Both the position numbers and the translations under genes were made by a program. From Monosiga brevicollis MX1 (Eukaryota), in NCBI RefSeq assembly GCF_000002865.3, contig NW_001865084.1, positions 1-64,000 of the forward strand: 64,000 bases of DNA, read 5' to 3'. A model generated the notes under the pieces. The model ran no database searches. It was not told the origin of the DNA and worked only from the letters and a program-made list of their open reading frames with translations. Every line of letters begins with the position of its first letter. The first letter of the stretch is position 1. Of the stretch, positions 12,227 to 22,771 are shown one piece after another.

Positions 12227-13663
12227 ATGGCTCGACTGGTCCGGGCAATGGCCCTCACGGTGGGTGGTGCCACTGCCGCCTACTTTGGTTGGAAGGAGGC
12301 CATGACCCATGACCAGGTCTCCTTCACGCTTCTCAAGGCGGCCATGCCCGTGATTGGCTTGCTTGATGCCGAAACGGCGCATCGGGCGGCGGTGCTCGCC
12401 GCGCGTCATCACTTGACCCCCAAGCAGCAGGCTGCAGATGATCCCGTCCTTGCTACTGAGGTTCTCGGCCACACCTTTAAGAACCCCATCGGCCTGGCCG
12501 CTGGCTTTGACAAAAATGCAGAAGCCGTCAAGAGCATGCTTGAGCTCGGCTTTGGCTTTGTCGAGGTGGGCAGTGTTACGCCACAGCCGCAGCCTGGCAA
12601 CCCCAAGCCTCGCGTGTTCCGCCTTCGTGAGGATGAGGCCGTTATCAACCGTTACGGCTTTAACAGTGACGGCATTGAGTACGTGGCCGCGCGTCTGGAC
12701 AACCTGCGACGCGCCCCCTTGGATGGTCCACTGGGCATTAACCTGGGCAAGAACAAAAACCAACTCAATGCTGCAGCTGATTACAAGCGAGGCATGCGTG
12801 AACTGGGCCCGCTGGGTGACTACGTGGTGGTCAATGTCTCCTCGCCCAACACCCCCGGCCTGCGGGATTTGCAAAACCGTGATCAGCTCAAGCAACTACT
12901 CACCGCTGTGCGCAAGACGCGCGATGGCCTCGACCTAGCACGACCGGTTCCGCTCCTTGTCAAGATCGCCCCGGACATGGACGATGCGTTTCTCGAAGAT
13001 GTTGTGGCCGTCGTGCGGGAGACTCGCCTGGACGGCATCATCGTGTCCAACACGACCGTTGCTCGTCCGGCGTCCCTCGCCTCGGCCAACAAGGAAGAGA
13101 CGGGTGGTCTTTCCGGTAAACCGCTCTTTGAGCCTTCAACGCAGATGCTGCGCCGCGTGTACGCGTTGACCAAGGGCACGGTCCCACTCATTGGCGTTGG
13201 TGGGGTGGACTCTGGCGCGACTGCTTACGCCAAGATTCGAAGCGGTGCATCCCTGGTCCAGCTCTACACGTCCATGAGCCTCCAAGGTCCGCAAATTGTA
13301 TGTGATATCAAGCGCGAATTAGCGGAGCTCCTTCATCGCGATGGCTTTACAAATGTGGCCGAGGCCGTGGGCGTGGACGTGCCCTTGTCCACCCCCTTGG
13401 CCCGCCAAGCCAAGCACACGCCCGTCGGTGCCGCTGCAACCAACTCGTGGATGTCCTCCTGGCTTTCTTGGTTTGGCTGGTCGGCAGCCAGCGGTCCCAA
13501 GGAGCGCCCCCCCCTTCCCCCCACCCCCCCCCACACACACCTTTGCAAACCGACAGCCGACATGGTGATGCATCCTGTTTCTCCTCATCAAACCTCGCAC
13601 TTCAGGACGACGCTTTTTGAGCCAAGTGACAGAAATTACGGCCGTCATAGGACTCTAGCGTGA
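12227..13663 (+). CDS. DHODH: Dihydroorotate dehydrogenase (quinone), class 2, mitochondrial; 3' end uncertain
   Basis: N-terminal TM helix, DAETAH, NPIGLAAGFDKN, GNPKPRVFRL, INRYGFNS, GINLGKNK, VNVSSPNTPGLR, VKIAPD, GGLSGKPL, GASLVQLYT. Confidence 0.95.
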   Translation: MARLVRAMALTVGGATAAYFGWKEAMTHDQVSFTLLKAAMPVIGLLDAETAHRAAVLAARHHLTPKQQAADDPVLATEVLGHTFKNPIGLAAGFDKNAEAVKSMLELGFGFVEVGSVTPQPQPGNPKPRVFRLREDEAVINRYGFNSDGIEYVAARLDNLRRAPLDGPLGINLGKNKNQLNAAADYKRGMRELGPLGDYVVVNVSSPNTPGLRDLQNRDQLKQLLTAVRKTRDGLDLARPVPLLVKIAPDMDDAFLEDVVAVVRETRLDGIIVSNTTVARPASLASANKEETGGLSGKPLFEPSTQMLRRVYALTKGTVPLIGVGGVDSGATAYAKIRSGASLVQLYTSMSLQGPQIVCDIKRELAELLHRDGFTNVAEAVGVDVPLSTPLARQAKHTPVGAAATNSWMSSWLSWFGWSAASGPKERPPLPPTPPHTHLCKPTADMVMHPVSPHQTSHFRTTLFEPSDRNYGRHRTLA

Positions 13664-14120
13664 CGCACGCAAACCCCTGAGTTTTTTTTGAATCCCACTT
13701 GTTCGTTTTACACCACAGCCTCGTCTCCTTCTTCTTTTCGCTCCTCTCGATGGTGTTTGGATGTTTGCATACCGTTTATCAAATGCCATTGAATTTTGGT
13801 TTTTCTGTGTCTCAAGTCGTTTATGTTTATTGACTCTACCAGGGCGTCACAGCGCGCCTGCACGATTGAGATCGAGCCGGAATTGGACTATGCTCAATTA
13901 ACGTTGACAGTTATTCACTCACAACTCGTGCTTGGCTATCTGAGCAGGCGCACCCACAGCAATAGCGCCTGACTCTTGATCAGTCGGCCTGCCCACCTTT
14001 TAAAAAATCAGCGGCATTATCATCATCAGCGTTCTTTCGTATGTGGGCCTGCCGGTTCCCTTTGAATTTTTTCTTTTTTTGTTATCACTCTTTTTTGCAG
14101 CGGTTGCCATCCCACGCATG

Positions 14121-15140
14121 CTAGCACACTCGCGATGGAGCCAGGAGCAGGGTTGATCCAAGTTGCGCTTGGGGCGTCACTTGTAGCCGGTGTTGAACAG
14201 CTTGCGGCAGAAGGGCATGTAAATGTGGGGCAGGTGTCAGCTGGGCCTCTGAGGCAGCTGGAAGCGCTGCAGCCACGAGAGGGGCCAGCACCGCCAAAGC
14301 ACCTTGCCGGGGCGAGCGCAAAAGCCAGGGGGCTGCCAGCTCGTAGACCAAGCGCAGAGGTTGTGGGACGGCACGGTAAAGATGCGTGCAAACGATGCCT
14401 GGGTGAGCCACGAGCGCTCGAACATCAGCACGGTCTGCAAAAGCGGCAACCATGTGCCGCAATGCCAATTTTGAATAGGCATAAGACCGAGCCAGGCTCC
14501 ATCTCGCCTGTGGATTGGGGCCAGTCGCTGGGCTGGCACGCTGTAGGTAATCGGTAGGTAAGGAGGGCCAATAGGCCGAGGTGCTAGAGGAGATGGCCAA
14601 GACACGGCTTTGATGGGAGGGGCCGGCAGCGAGCGTGAGAAGCTGCAGTAGTTGTGCGTGGCCATGAACGTTGATGAGATATTGCGCATCGTAGCCGTGC
14701 AGCGGTGGTGCAAGGAGGACGCCGGCGTTGAGAACGACGAGATGCACGCCGTTCGGGGCGCGAACTTTGACTTGACGGGCAAAGGTCACAATGCTCTCTG
14801 GGCAGCTCAGATCCAGCGGTAGAGGCACACCAAACTCTTGCACGTCGCAAGGACAGATGTTCCCGCCGCTGTGGTGGTGGCAACCCACCAGGACGAGCGC
14901 GCCACGCTGAGCCAAGAGCCGGCTGACTTCGTGGCCCAGCCCAGTGCAGCCACCCGTGACCACGATGCACTGGCCGTGAACGTCCGGCAACTGAGCCTCA
15001 ATCTTTCGATCCCATCCATGTGCCAGCACCAAATCATGCCACAACTGCACCAGCAGCTCCAAGCCGGCCAGTACATACAACACCACATGATCCCACCACC
15101 ACCGACCGAGCGCACGCCCGCTGCCGTCGCCGGCGCTCAT
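14121..15140 (-). CDS. Short-chain dehydrogenase/reductase (DHRSX/RDH11-14/WWOX-like)
   Basis: N-terminal hydrophobic segment, VVTGGCTGLG, LDLS, LNAGV, catalytic YAYSK (YxxxK), HPGIVCTHLY. Confidence 0.85.
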   Translation of the reverse strand: MSAGDGSGRALGRWWWDHVVLYVLAGLELLVQLWHDLVLAHGWDRKIEAQLPDVHGQCIVVTGGCTGLGHEVSRLLAQRGALVLVGCHHHSGGNICPCDVQEFGVPLPLDLSCPESIVTFARQVKVRAPNGVHLVVLNAGVLLAPPLHGYDAQYLINVHGHAQLLQLLTLAAGPSHQSRVLAISSSTSAYWPSLPTDYLQRASPATGPNPQARWSLARSYAYSKLALRHMVAAFADRADVRALVAHPGIVCTHLYRAVPQPLRLVYELAAPWLLRSPRQGALAVLAPLVAAALPAASEAQLTPAPHLHALLPQAVQHRLQVTPQAQLGSTLLLAPSRVC

Positions 15141-15518
15141 GCTGCTGCTGCCTTGTGCTGTTGTAAACTGCTTTTGACAAAATGTCAGATCAATCAGTCA
15201 ACATAAGCTGCATGAACGTCTATGCGTGAGGTGGCATATTTCACCACTCAGTGGTTCACGTTTTCACGGAATGGTCAAGCGCGGACATGCCATGAAGAGC
15301 CGCTACCACATGTACTTACTGCCGCCCCAGGAATTTGTCTTACAATACCCCCCCATCGCTCGCGCACGAATGGTCCCAATGTGTAAAGCGATGGGTGTTG
15401 CTGAGTACTGTTCTTTATTGCTGTTCTGTTGTTGTTGTTGTTGTTGTTGTTTTGTTGGGTGTGTGTGGCAGTGCGACTGCGTCCGCCAACCTCTGTGTCG
15501 TTGGTCACTCTGTTCGTT

Positions 15519-15820
<302 letters not shown>

Positions 15821-15870
15821 NNNNNNNNNNNNNNNNNNNNNNNNNNNNNNNNNNNNNNNNNNNNNNNNNN
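15821..15870. other. Assembly gap (50 N)
   Basis: N bases. Confidence 1.
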
Positions 15871-15871
15871 A

Positions 15872-16078
15872 GGAAATGATAATTATAATTTAAACTTATC
15901 AAGCAGAAGAGCTCAATCAACTTTACAATGGTTTATTAGTAAAGGCATAGAGAAGAAGCGCTTGTCTGCTAAAGGTTATGGAGAGTCACAATTAATCAAT
16001 AAATGTTCTAATGGAAAGGATTGTGAGGAAGACGAACATCAACTAAACAGAAGGTCAATGTTTCTTATAATGGACTAA
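15872..16078 (+). CDS. 3' fragment of a bacterial (Bacteroidota-like) OmpA-family protein; likely contaminant or chimeric assembly
   Basis: GNDNYNLNLSSRRAQS...GIEKKRLSAKGYGESQLINKCSNGKDCEEDEHQLNRRSMF is an OmpA_C peptidoglycan-binding motif. Strongly AT-rich compared with the host sequence. Confidence 0.9.
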   Translation, partial: GNDNYNLNLSSRRAQSTLQWFISKGIEKKRLSAKGYGESQLINKCSNGKDCEEDEHQLNRRSMFLIMD

Positions 16079-16096
16079 TTAATTTCCTACTTTGAG

Positions 16097-16131
16097 AAAA
16101 GCCTTAACTTTTAAAAGTTAAGGCTTTTTTT
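16097..16131 (+). terminator. Bacterial Rho-independent (bidirectional) terminator
   Basis: Perfect 32-bp palindrome AAAAGCCTTAACTTTTAAAAGTTAAGGCTTTT ending in a T-run, about 18 nt after the OmpA stop. Confidence 0.85.
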
Positions 16132-16239
16132 GTGCTCCATTACTTCGGGGGGGGGGGGGGTTGGCTCGGCCGACCGGGGTGGCGGCTCAATTCTGTACGG
16201 TATGGCTTGCCTCTAACCGATATTTGGTGTGTACTACAG

Positions 16240-19200
16240 CCTATGCGCGTCACCAGTGTCGCCGATGATTGCTTCGCCGCCATTGAGGGTGTCTTGACTC
16301 AAAAGAAACCCAACCTTGAAGAGCTCAAGTACGGACCCAATCCGGCTTGCTTGGTCTTCCGCCTCCCCCTTACCCGGCAAAGCACATGAGCTACACCATT
16401 TGGGCACCTGCTCCTTCTTTGCCCTCACATGTTGTCGTGCTGGCCATTCTCACAATTGCCCGATTCCCTTGCGCGTAGAGTTGTTTTTGAAAAGGCAGCG
16501 AGTGACGTCCGCCCACCCTTGCAAGATGCCCTCGAGCAGCTTTGTAACCAGATTGAGGTTTGTCCCACGCCTCTCTTTGGGTGCCTTTGTGTGCAACACC
16601 TCTTTTGCGCCATCCTGACCCGCCATCTTGATCTTGCACATTGATGTTCTTGCCGTCTTGAAGGTGGGCTTGGGTGAGACCTACGCCGTGTCGGCACTCC
16701 TCACTGAACCCGATGAGTCAGTCATTGTGGAAGCAGTTCTGCAACCCCATGTGGACAGTGTGCGTGGCTCTTCAAACTTGGATGAGGTGACAATTCAGTG
16801 CCTATCCATTCGCGAAGAGACGTTGCGCAACTACATGCAACACTGTGGCTGCATCTCGGCCCTGGAGGACAGTTCTACGCTGGTGCGCGAGCGTGGAAGC
16901 ACCCTGAACAGCAGCATGCGCGCCCGTCGCTCCCGCCATCGCTTTCATTTTATCCAGGGCCACCGCTTCCGAGCCAGTTCCTACAAGAAACCCACCTTTT
17001 GCCACGTGTGCAACAATCTTATTTGGGGCCTCTATCTGCAAGGCTGGACCTGTGAGGACTGTGGCATGACGATCCACAAGGATCGCGATCGCTTTGGCTA
17101 CGCAAAATGCAACGAGCAACTGGGGGCCGCCGACAAGTGCCCGGGTGTCAAGCAAAAGCGCTCGCTCTTCCCCTCCCGCCGCAAATCGCGTAACCGCAGC
17201 AGTCGCTATCCCAGCAGCAATGGTACTGCGAGTGGTGCGAGCAGCCTGCGACCCTCTGAATCTGAGGGCTCGCGTTTAAATCCCGGCAACTCATCCGAGG
17301 CCCTCGCCGTCCCCGGTGGAGTTGCTTTTAACGAAGATGACATGCCTTCGGCTGCCGAGCTAGAGTCGATCTCCCCGAGCCCCAAGTCACAGCGCGTGCC
17401 CCTAGAATCCGAGGGCAGCACCCGCAGCCTGGTTGCTCCTTCCATTGCAAGTGCCGCCTCGCCCGTCCATGAGGTGGAGCCCAGTGAAGAGAGCCTGCTG
17501 CCTTACCCAAGCCTCCTCTCAGAACCTAAACTCTGGGACGACAGCGTGGTCGACCAAGGCGTACTCAAATCCATTGGCAAGTCAGAGCACAAGCGCCAGC
17601 AAAGCATTTACGAGCTCGTGCAGACGGAAAAGGGCTACGTCCGCCACTTGGCCATCATGCAGCTCTTTCGCGAAACGCTGCGCGAAGATCGCGCTCTTTC
17701 AGAGGACAAGCTGTTTGATCTCTTCACTTCGCTTGATCAGGTCTACGAAAACCAACACCCGTTGGCCGACGCCCTAGTGGAATGCCAACAAGAGGCTGCC
17801 GGGCACGCCATCAAGTTTGTCGGCAGTGCCTTCGTGCGCGGCTTTGCTCAGCTGGACCTGGATGCCTACGCTCAATTCTGCGCCAACCAAAAGCACGCGT
17901 GGCAACTCTACGATGACTACATTCTGGTATGTTCTTGAAGCACCAACATATGCGGGCGCCTCACTACCCCGCCATGCTCGTCTACAACGACTTTGGCACG
18001 CTGTCCTCTGACGCGATGATGGTCCTTGCACATCCCTTATAGAATAACAATCGCTTCGAGGCATCCATCCAGCGCTGTGAGCGCAAACCCATGGCTGAGC
18101 GCCTGACGCTCAAAGATTTTTTGGCCAAGCCTTTCCAACGCCTCACCAAGTATCCGCTCCTTCTCAAGGTACGGGCTTGACTTTGCGCGTGTCAAAGAGT
18201 CCATCTTTTAATAATCACGTGAGTGTGCTCACCTTGAACGCGTCCCTGCCCCATTTCTTGGGTGGACAGGCTATCCTCAAGTATAGCAATGGCGATGAAG
18301 AAAAGGCCAACCTGGAGGCCGGCATTGAAGCGGCTAACCGTGCTCTCAAGCGCGTTGAGGATGCCATCCGCAAGAGCGAGGTCTGTTGAGTGTCCTCGCC
18401 GTCAGGACCAAGGGTCTGGGCTCAAGGCTCACTCGCTTAATGTAAATCTGCATCATAATCAGGATAAGCTCCGGCTCCAAGAGATTGAGGGTCAAATGGA
18501 AAAGTCTGGCCTTCTTCCTCTCGAGCGCATCGTCCTTCGAGGCTTATCTGAGTCTTCATTTGAGCTTGTTTACGAGCGTACGTTGGTGCTGGTCGACTTT
18601 TGTTTGCTTGATTTGCGTTGCTGTGGCGGTGGCGTGTCCGTTCACATTCATTCCTGGTATTGTCGTGGCTGTAGGCAACATCCACATACGTGTGGGCGAG
18701 AAGTTTGTGGAAATGCATGCCATTCTAATGAGCCACGCCTTGATTTTGTGCCAGATTAAGGATGATCGTCTTCTTGTCAAGGTGTGGCTTGCGGGTCGTG
18801 AATTTGTGTTTTGCCGGGAACTTTTCTCCTTTAGCCATGCATTTCGGCACCCGCCATTCCGTGCTTCAGGGAACTACGGGTGTGCTGACCGAGCTTCTTG
18901 TCCCACGAACGTAGCTCCCGGACAAGGGCAAGCGCCGATCACCGGTCATTGTTCTCAACTTGGCACTCGCGCGCCCAAATGCCACGGATGACAAATCATT
19001 CTATCTGATTTCTACTGCCAAACAAGAGGTTCTCAAGTGCTTTGCGGGGCAAATGTATGAGCTGCGCGTTGGCAGCAAAAAGGAAAAGGAAGAGTGGCTT
19101 CGACGCATTGCCCAAACGGTAAGGCATGGCTGCGGGTTCGGGCTGCGCAAAGGTAGAAGCCCTGTTCACTCACCACCGCAACCATCACTCATTCGTTCTG

Positions 19201-20034
19201 TCATATGACATTGATCATCGTCCCCAAACATAGTCCAAGGATTTCATGCACGCCATGGGTGATTACGGAGACATTCTCATCAAGTCGCTGGCCGAGCAAG
19301 AGGCCGAGGCCGAGCGTGAGAAGGAGCGTGAAAAGGAACGAAAGAATCAGCACGCCGCCGGTCCGCTTGTCGCTGAGGACATGCCAGAGGATGTACATGC
19401 GGCCCTGAATTGGGCGCTCGATCGCATGAAGGTCAACAATGATGCCAATTTCCAGCTCCTGGCCAAGCTTGATGATCGCTTGCGCGAGGCAGGCTTGGCA
19501 GAGTTGGAAGCCAGGGCCACCAGCGACACTCGTTCCGTCTCTCCACACCGACATGATGTGAACCGCCGTTCCTTTGGCACACAGCGTCGTGCCGTGCGAG
19601 CACGCTACGGCTCAAGTGTGGGGCGCACGCGCAGTCAGTCCGCCTCGGTCGTTGTGGGAGAACAACCCCACATCGAGATCATGCAGCCACCAGCTCTTCG
19701 TGAGTCTTCGGAAGCGCTGGAATGTGACGCTGAAACGTCTGACACTTCCTCGACGATACAACGGCGCCAGCAGAGACGGTCTCAGAGTTTGGAGGAAGGT
19801 TCTCACGCTTACCAGCATGGCTCACAGCTGGGGCATGACCGCAGCGTGAGTCCGGCTACAGAACACGATGTGGAAAAGAAGGCCCCTTTGGCTCGCGAGC
19901 TGGCCCTGGCTCGCGAAACCATTGGTGGTTTGCAAGCCAAGGTTGTTTACTTGCAACAACAGCTGCTGCAGGCGCATGACTCAAGCCGGCGATCAGCAAT
20001 GCGGGACACGTCTGATATGCATAGCGGTAGGTGA
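16240..20034 (+). CDS. Rho guanine nucleotide exchange factor with RH/RGS-like (partial), C1, DH, PH and coiled-coil regions; 5' end missing
   Basis: C1: [61 protein letters not shown] and [37 protein letters not shown]...[15 protein letters not shown]. Upstream exons PMRV...[32 protein letters not shown]. Confidence 0.9.
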
Positions 20035-21481
20035 ACTGGTGTTTTCGTGATGGTGTCCTCCCTTTGCCTGCTTAGAGTGTTGGCATGGTTACAAAGCTCA
20101 TACGTGTATGCGCCAAAATGCTTGCTCGATTGCAGAAGAAAGCAGCATTCGCTCTTTGCGGTTGGACGAAAGCGACTCAAAGCCTGCGCGAGAGTCTGCC
20201 GTTTAAAGATTTTTGATGTGGATGACCTGTGACTGTTTTTTATTACTTTGGGCGCTGTCTGTTCATTCTCCATCTCTCTTTGAATGTTGGGTTGTCAGTT
20301 AGTCTTCCCTTTTGGTTTTGTTTTCCCCAGTTGTGACTAGGTGCCCCCTCTGACATGGCTTTTTGACTTGTACTTCCTTATCCTTACCTGCCCGTGTCTG
20401 TTGGGGCAATAGAAAAGTGCTTTCTTTTCTCAAGGTTTTTTAATTGTTTTACGTGGTATTTTTTTTTCTTTTTTTTTTGGTAATTTCATGTTCATCCCCG
20501 TCGTACTTGTCTCTTCTCATCACTCACCCTCGCCTCCATGGTGAACTTTGCTCTATGGCTAGTTGCTTTGACTTGTGTTGAATCTTCGAATCCGAGCCGT
20601 GTGCTTTAACGATTGACAATAAGAATTGAGAGGAGGGAAATCTCGGGCTGATACGAGAGACGACTCAAGTTGAACGTAGAAAGGAAAAAAGAGAGAGATG
20701 ATGGAGTCACATTTCCGTTTCGCAAAGATGTAACGGGCGGCGGCGAGCTTCGACCTCAAGCTCGACGGGATCACAGCCGCGGCCTGACTCAAGGAGATGA
20801 AAAGTAGCCTTGCGGGTTGCGAAAGAATTCTTGTTCCATTCTCACGCACGGCTGAATCATTGGTCTTTTGCCTCGATAGCGATGGTGAACACTACCAATC
20901 CAGCGATTAGCTGATGCCGTTGGTGCGCAACGCTTTCAGAGCGTGACATGCTTGTTTTATGCTGCAAAGGCGACCAGACTGATTGGAATGGGTATGGCTG
21001 ACTAGTTGGGAAAGTTGATTTTTTTTCGGAAAACGAGTGTGTTGGAAGTACCATCAAGATGCGATCGTTCCGCGCTCCCAGTTTGTCTTGGACAACGGGT
21101 TTCCCGTGACAGAGCGTGTGCAAGGCATGGCCATTTTGCAGCCACAACCAAGCCTGGTCCACAAACCAGCAGTCAGGGGCAACCGAACGGAGAACACGAA
21201 CAGGCAACACTGCATCGCACCAAACCGCCGGAAAAGCGGCTTTTGAAGAAAAAAAAAGTTGAAAAAAAAAAGGAAGCAACAAAGAAGGCAGAGAGAGGGC
21301 AGTCTTGCGTGCAGCCCAGCGTGCCGAATGAGAAGAAGAAAAAGGAGGAGGAGGAGGAAAGCAGCAAAATCAGTGCGAGAATGGGAAGAACAGAATTTCC
21401 ACCAGAGGCAAAAGACAAGGAAACCTGTTTCTCATCGACCACCAATTGACATTCGGATCTGCGTGTTTCTTTCTGTCTCAT

Positions 21482-22241
21482 TTATGAGTTGAAACCCGTG
21501 CCTATGCTGCCAGCACCAAAGATGGAGTTGTCGTAGCGGCGGGCACGGGTAGGGTCACGCTCATCGCGGAGCATGCGGTGGTCGCTATGCGGCAATAGAC
21601 AAGGCAAGGCGTGAGTCGTGCGATACAAATGTGACCTAGGGGACAAGGGAAAAGGGTGATCAACAGCAATAACATACCCGTCTTCGCCCTCGATGCCAAT
21701 AGTCAATTGAGGCGTTTTGGCAGGGATCATGAAGTGATTGTCGCAATGCGGGCAAAATTCGTCTGATTCTTCAAACTCGCTGTAGCACATACCAAGGCGG
21801 TCACGCCAGAGCAGGGTAAGTGAAAGAACACTCAAAAAAATACAACGAGAAGAGATAACTCTGGCAGAAAATGTTCCGGCAACAGAGTCGGGCGCAAACA
21901 AAAGCAACAGCAACAGCAACAGCAACAGCGCGTACGGACCGTGAATCTTTGCGAAAGACCTTTTTGCACTTTTTGCAAGCAAAGACCATTTCATAGCTCT
22001 TTTTCAACTCGTGGGATTCAAACTCGTCGTGGCACTCGGGGCAATCATACCATTTTTTGCAGCAGGGTGCTCGCACGGCCACCTAGATGGTGTGGACAGA
22101 TCCCGCGACTATCAGCCGCAGCACGCTTCAGCAGCAGCCAGCTGCTGGAAAGTCTGAAGCGTCACACGAGCAGAATGAAAGCTGGCAAAGTTGGACAAAC
22201 GGTTGTATGCATACCTGGGCATTGAGAATGTGTTTGCACAT
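21482..22241 (-). CDS. Small CHY-type zinc finger protein, 4 exons
   Basis: MCKHILNAQ|VAVRAPCCKKWYDCPECHDE...FACKKCKKVFRKD|EFEESDEFCPHCDNHF. Confidence 0.85.
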
Positions 22242-22771
22242 GACGCCTGTGTTCAAAAATCTAGCACAAAAGGGCAACGGGTTCAGCCGACAGTCGTGTG
22301 AGGTGGCGGTGAATCGAAGAATCATCCCCCCAAAAAACCGTCTCTCTGGCCCTTGGTCACCATTGAATCGCAAAAAACAAAACAAAAAAACACACACACA
22401 CACACACCAACACCACCCGCATGTAGATGAGGCGACACTGTTCCACCCCTCCCCCCCCCGCAACAACGTACCCGCTGCCGCTGCCGTCTTCGTCGTCGTC
22501 GTCGTCGTCGTTGTCGTCGTTGTCGTCGTCTTCGTCGTCTTCGAAATTGACTTTAACGCCAACAACAGCTTCGATACGGAAGTGTGACACACAACACGTT
22601 TTGCACACTTTTCCTTAACGACACCGGTGCGAAATGAATGTGTTCGCAACATGCGTTGTATACTAAGTGTGATGACAACAGCTGTTGTGTACACTTTCAT
22701 GACCGACAGCTGTTGTGAACAAAATGTCAGCGAACAGCAACAGTGCAACACGGTCAATTGACGTGTTCAAG

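Noticed and set aside
10044..15140. Apparent intronless, operon-like HGT island (MFS, DHODH, SDR)
   Set aside because: The MFS gene has two 3' introns, orientations alternate, and the proteins look eukaryotic (SVOP-like; DHODH with a mitochondrial anchor).
20559..21449. Short ORFs between the RhoGEF and CHY genes
   Set aside because: No homology recognised; low-complexity A/T runs; consistent with 3' UTR or intergenic sequence.
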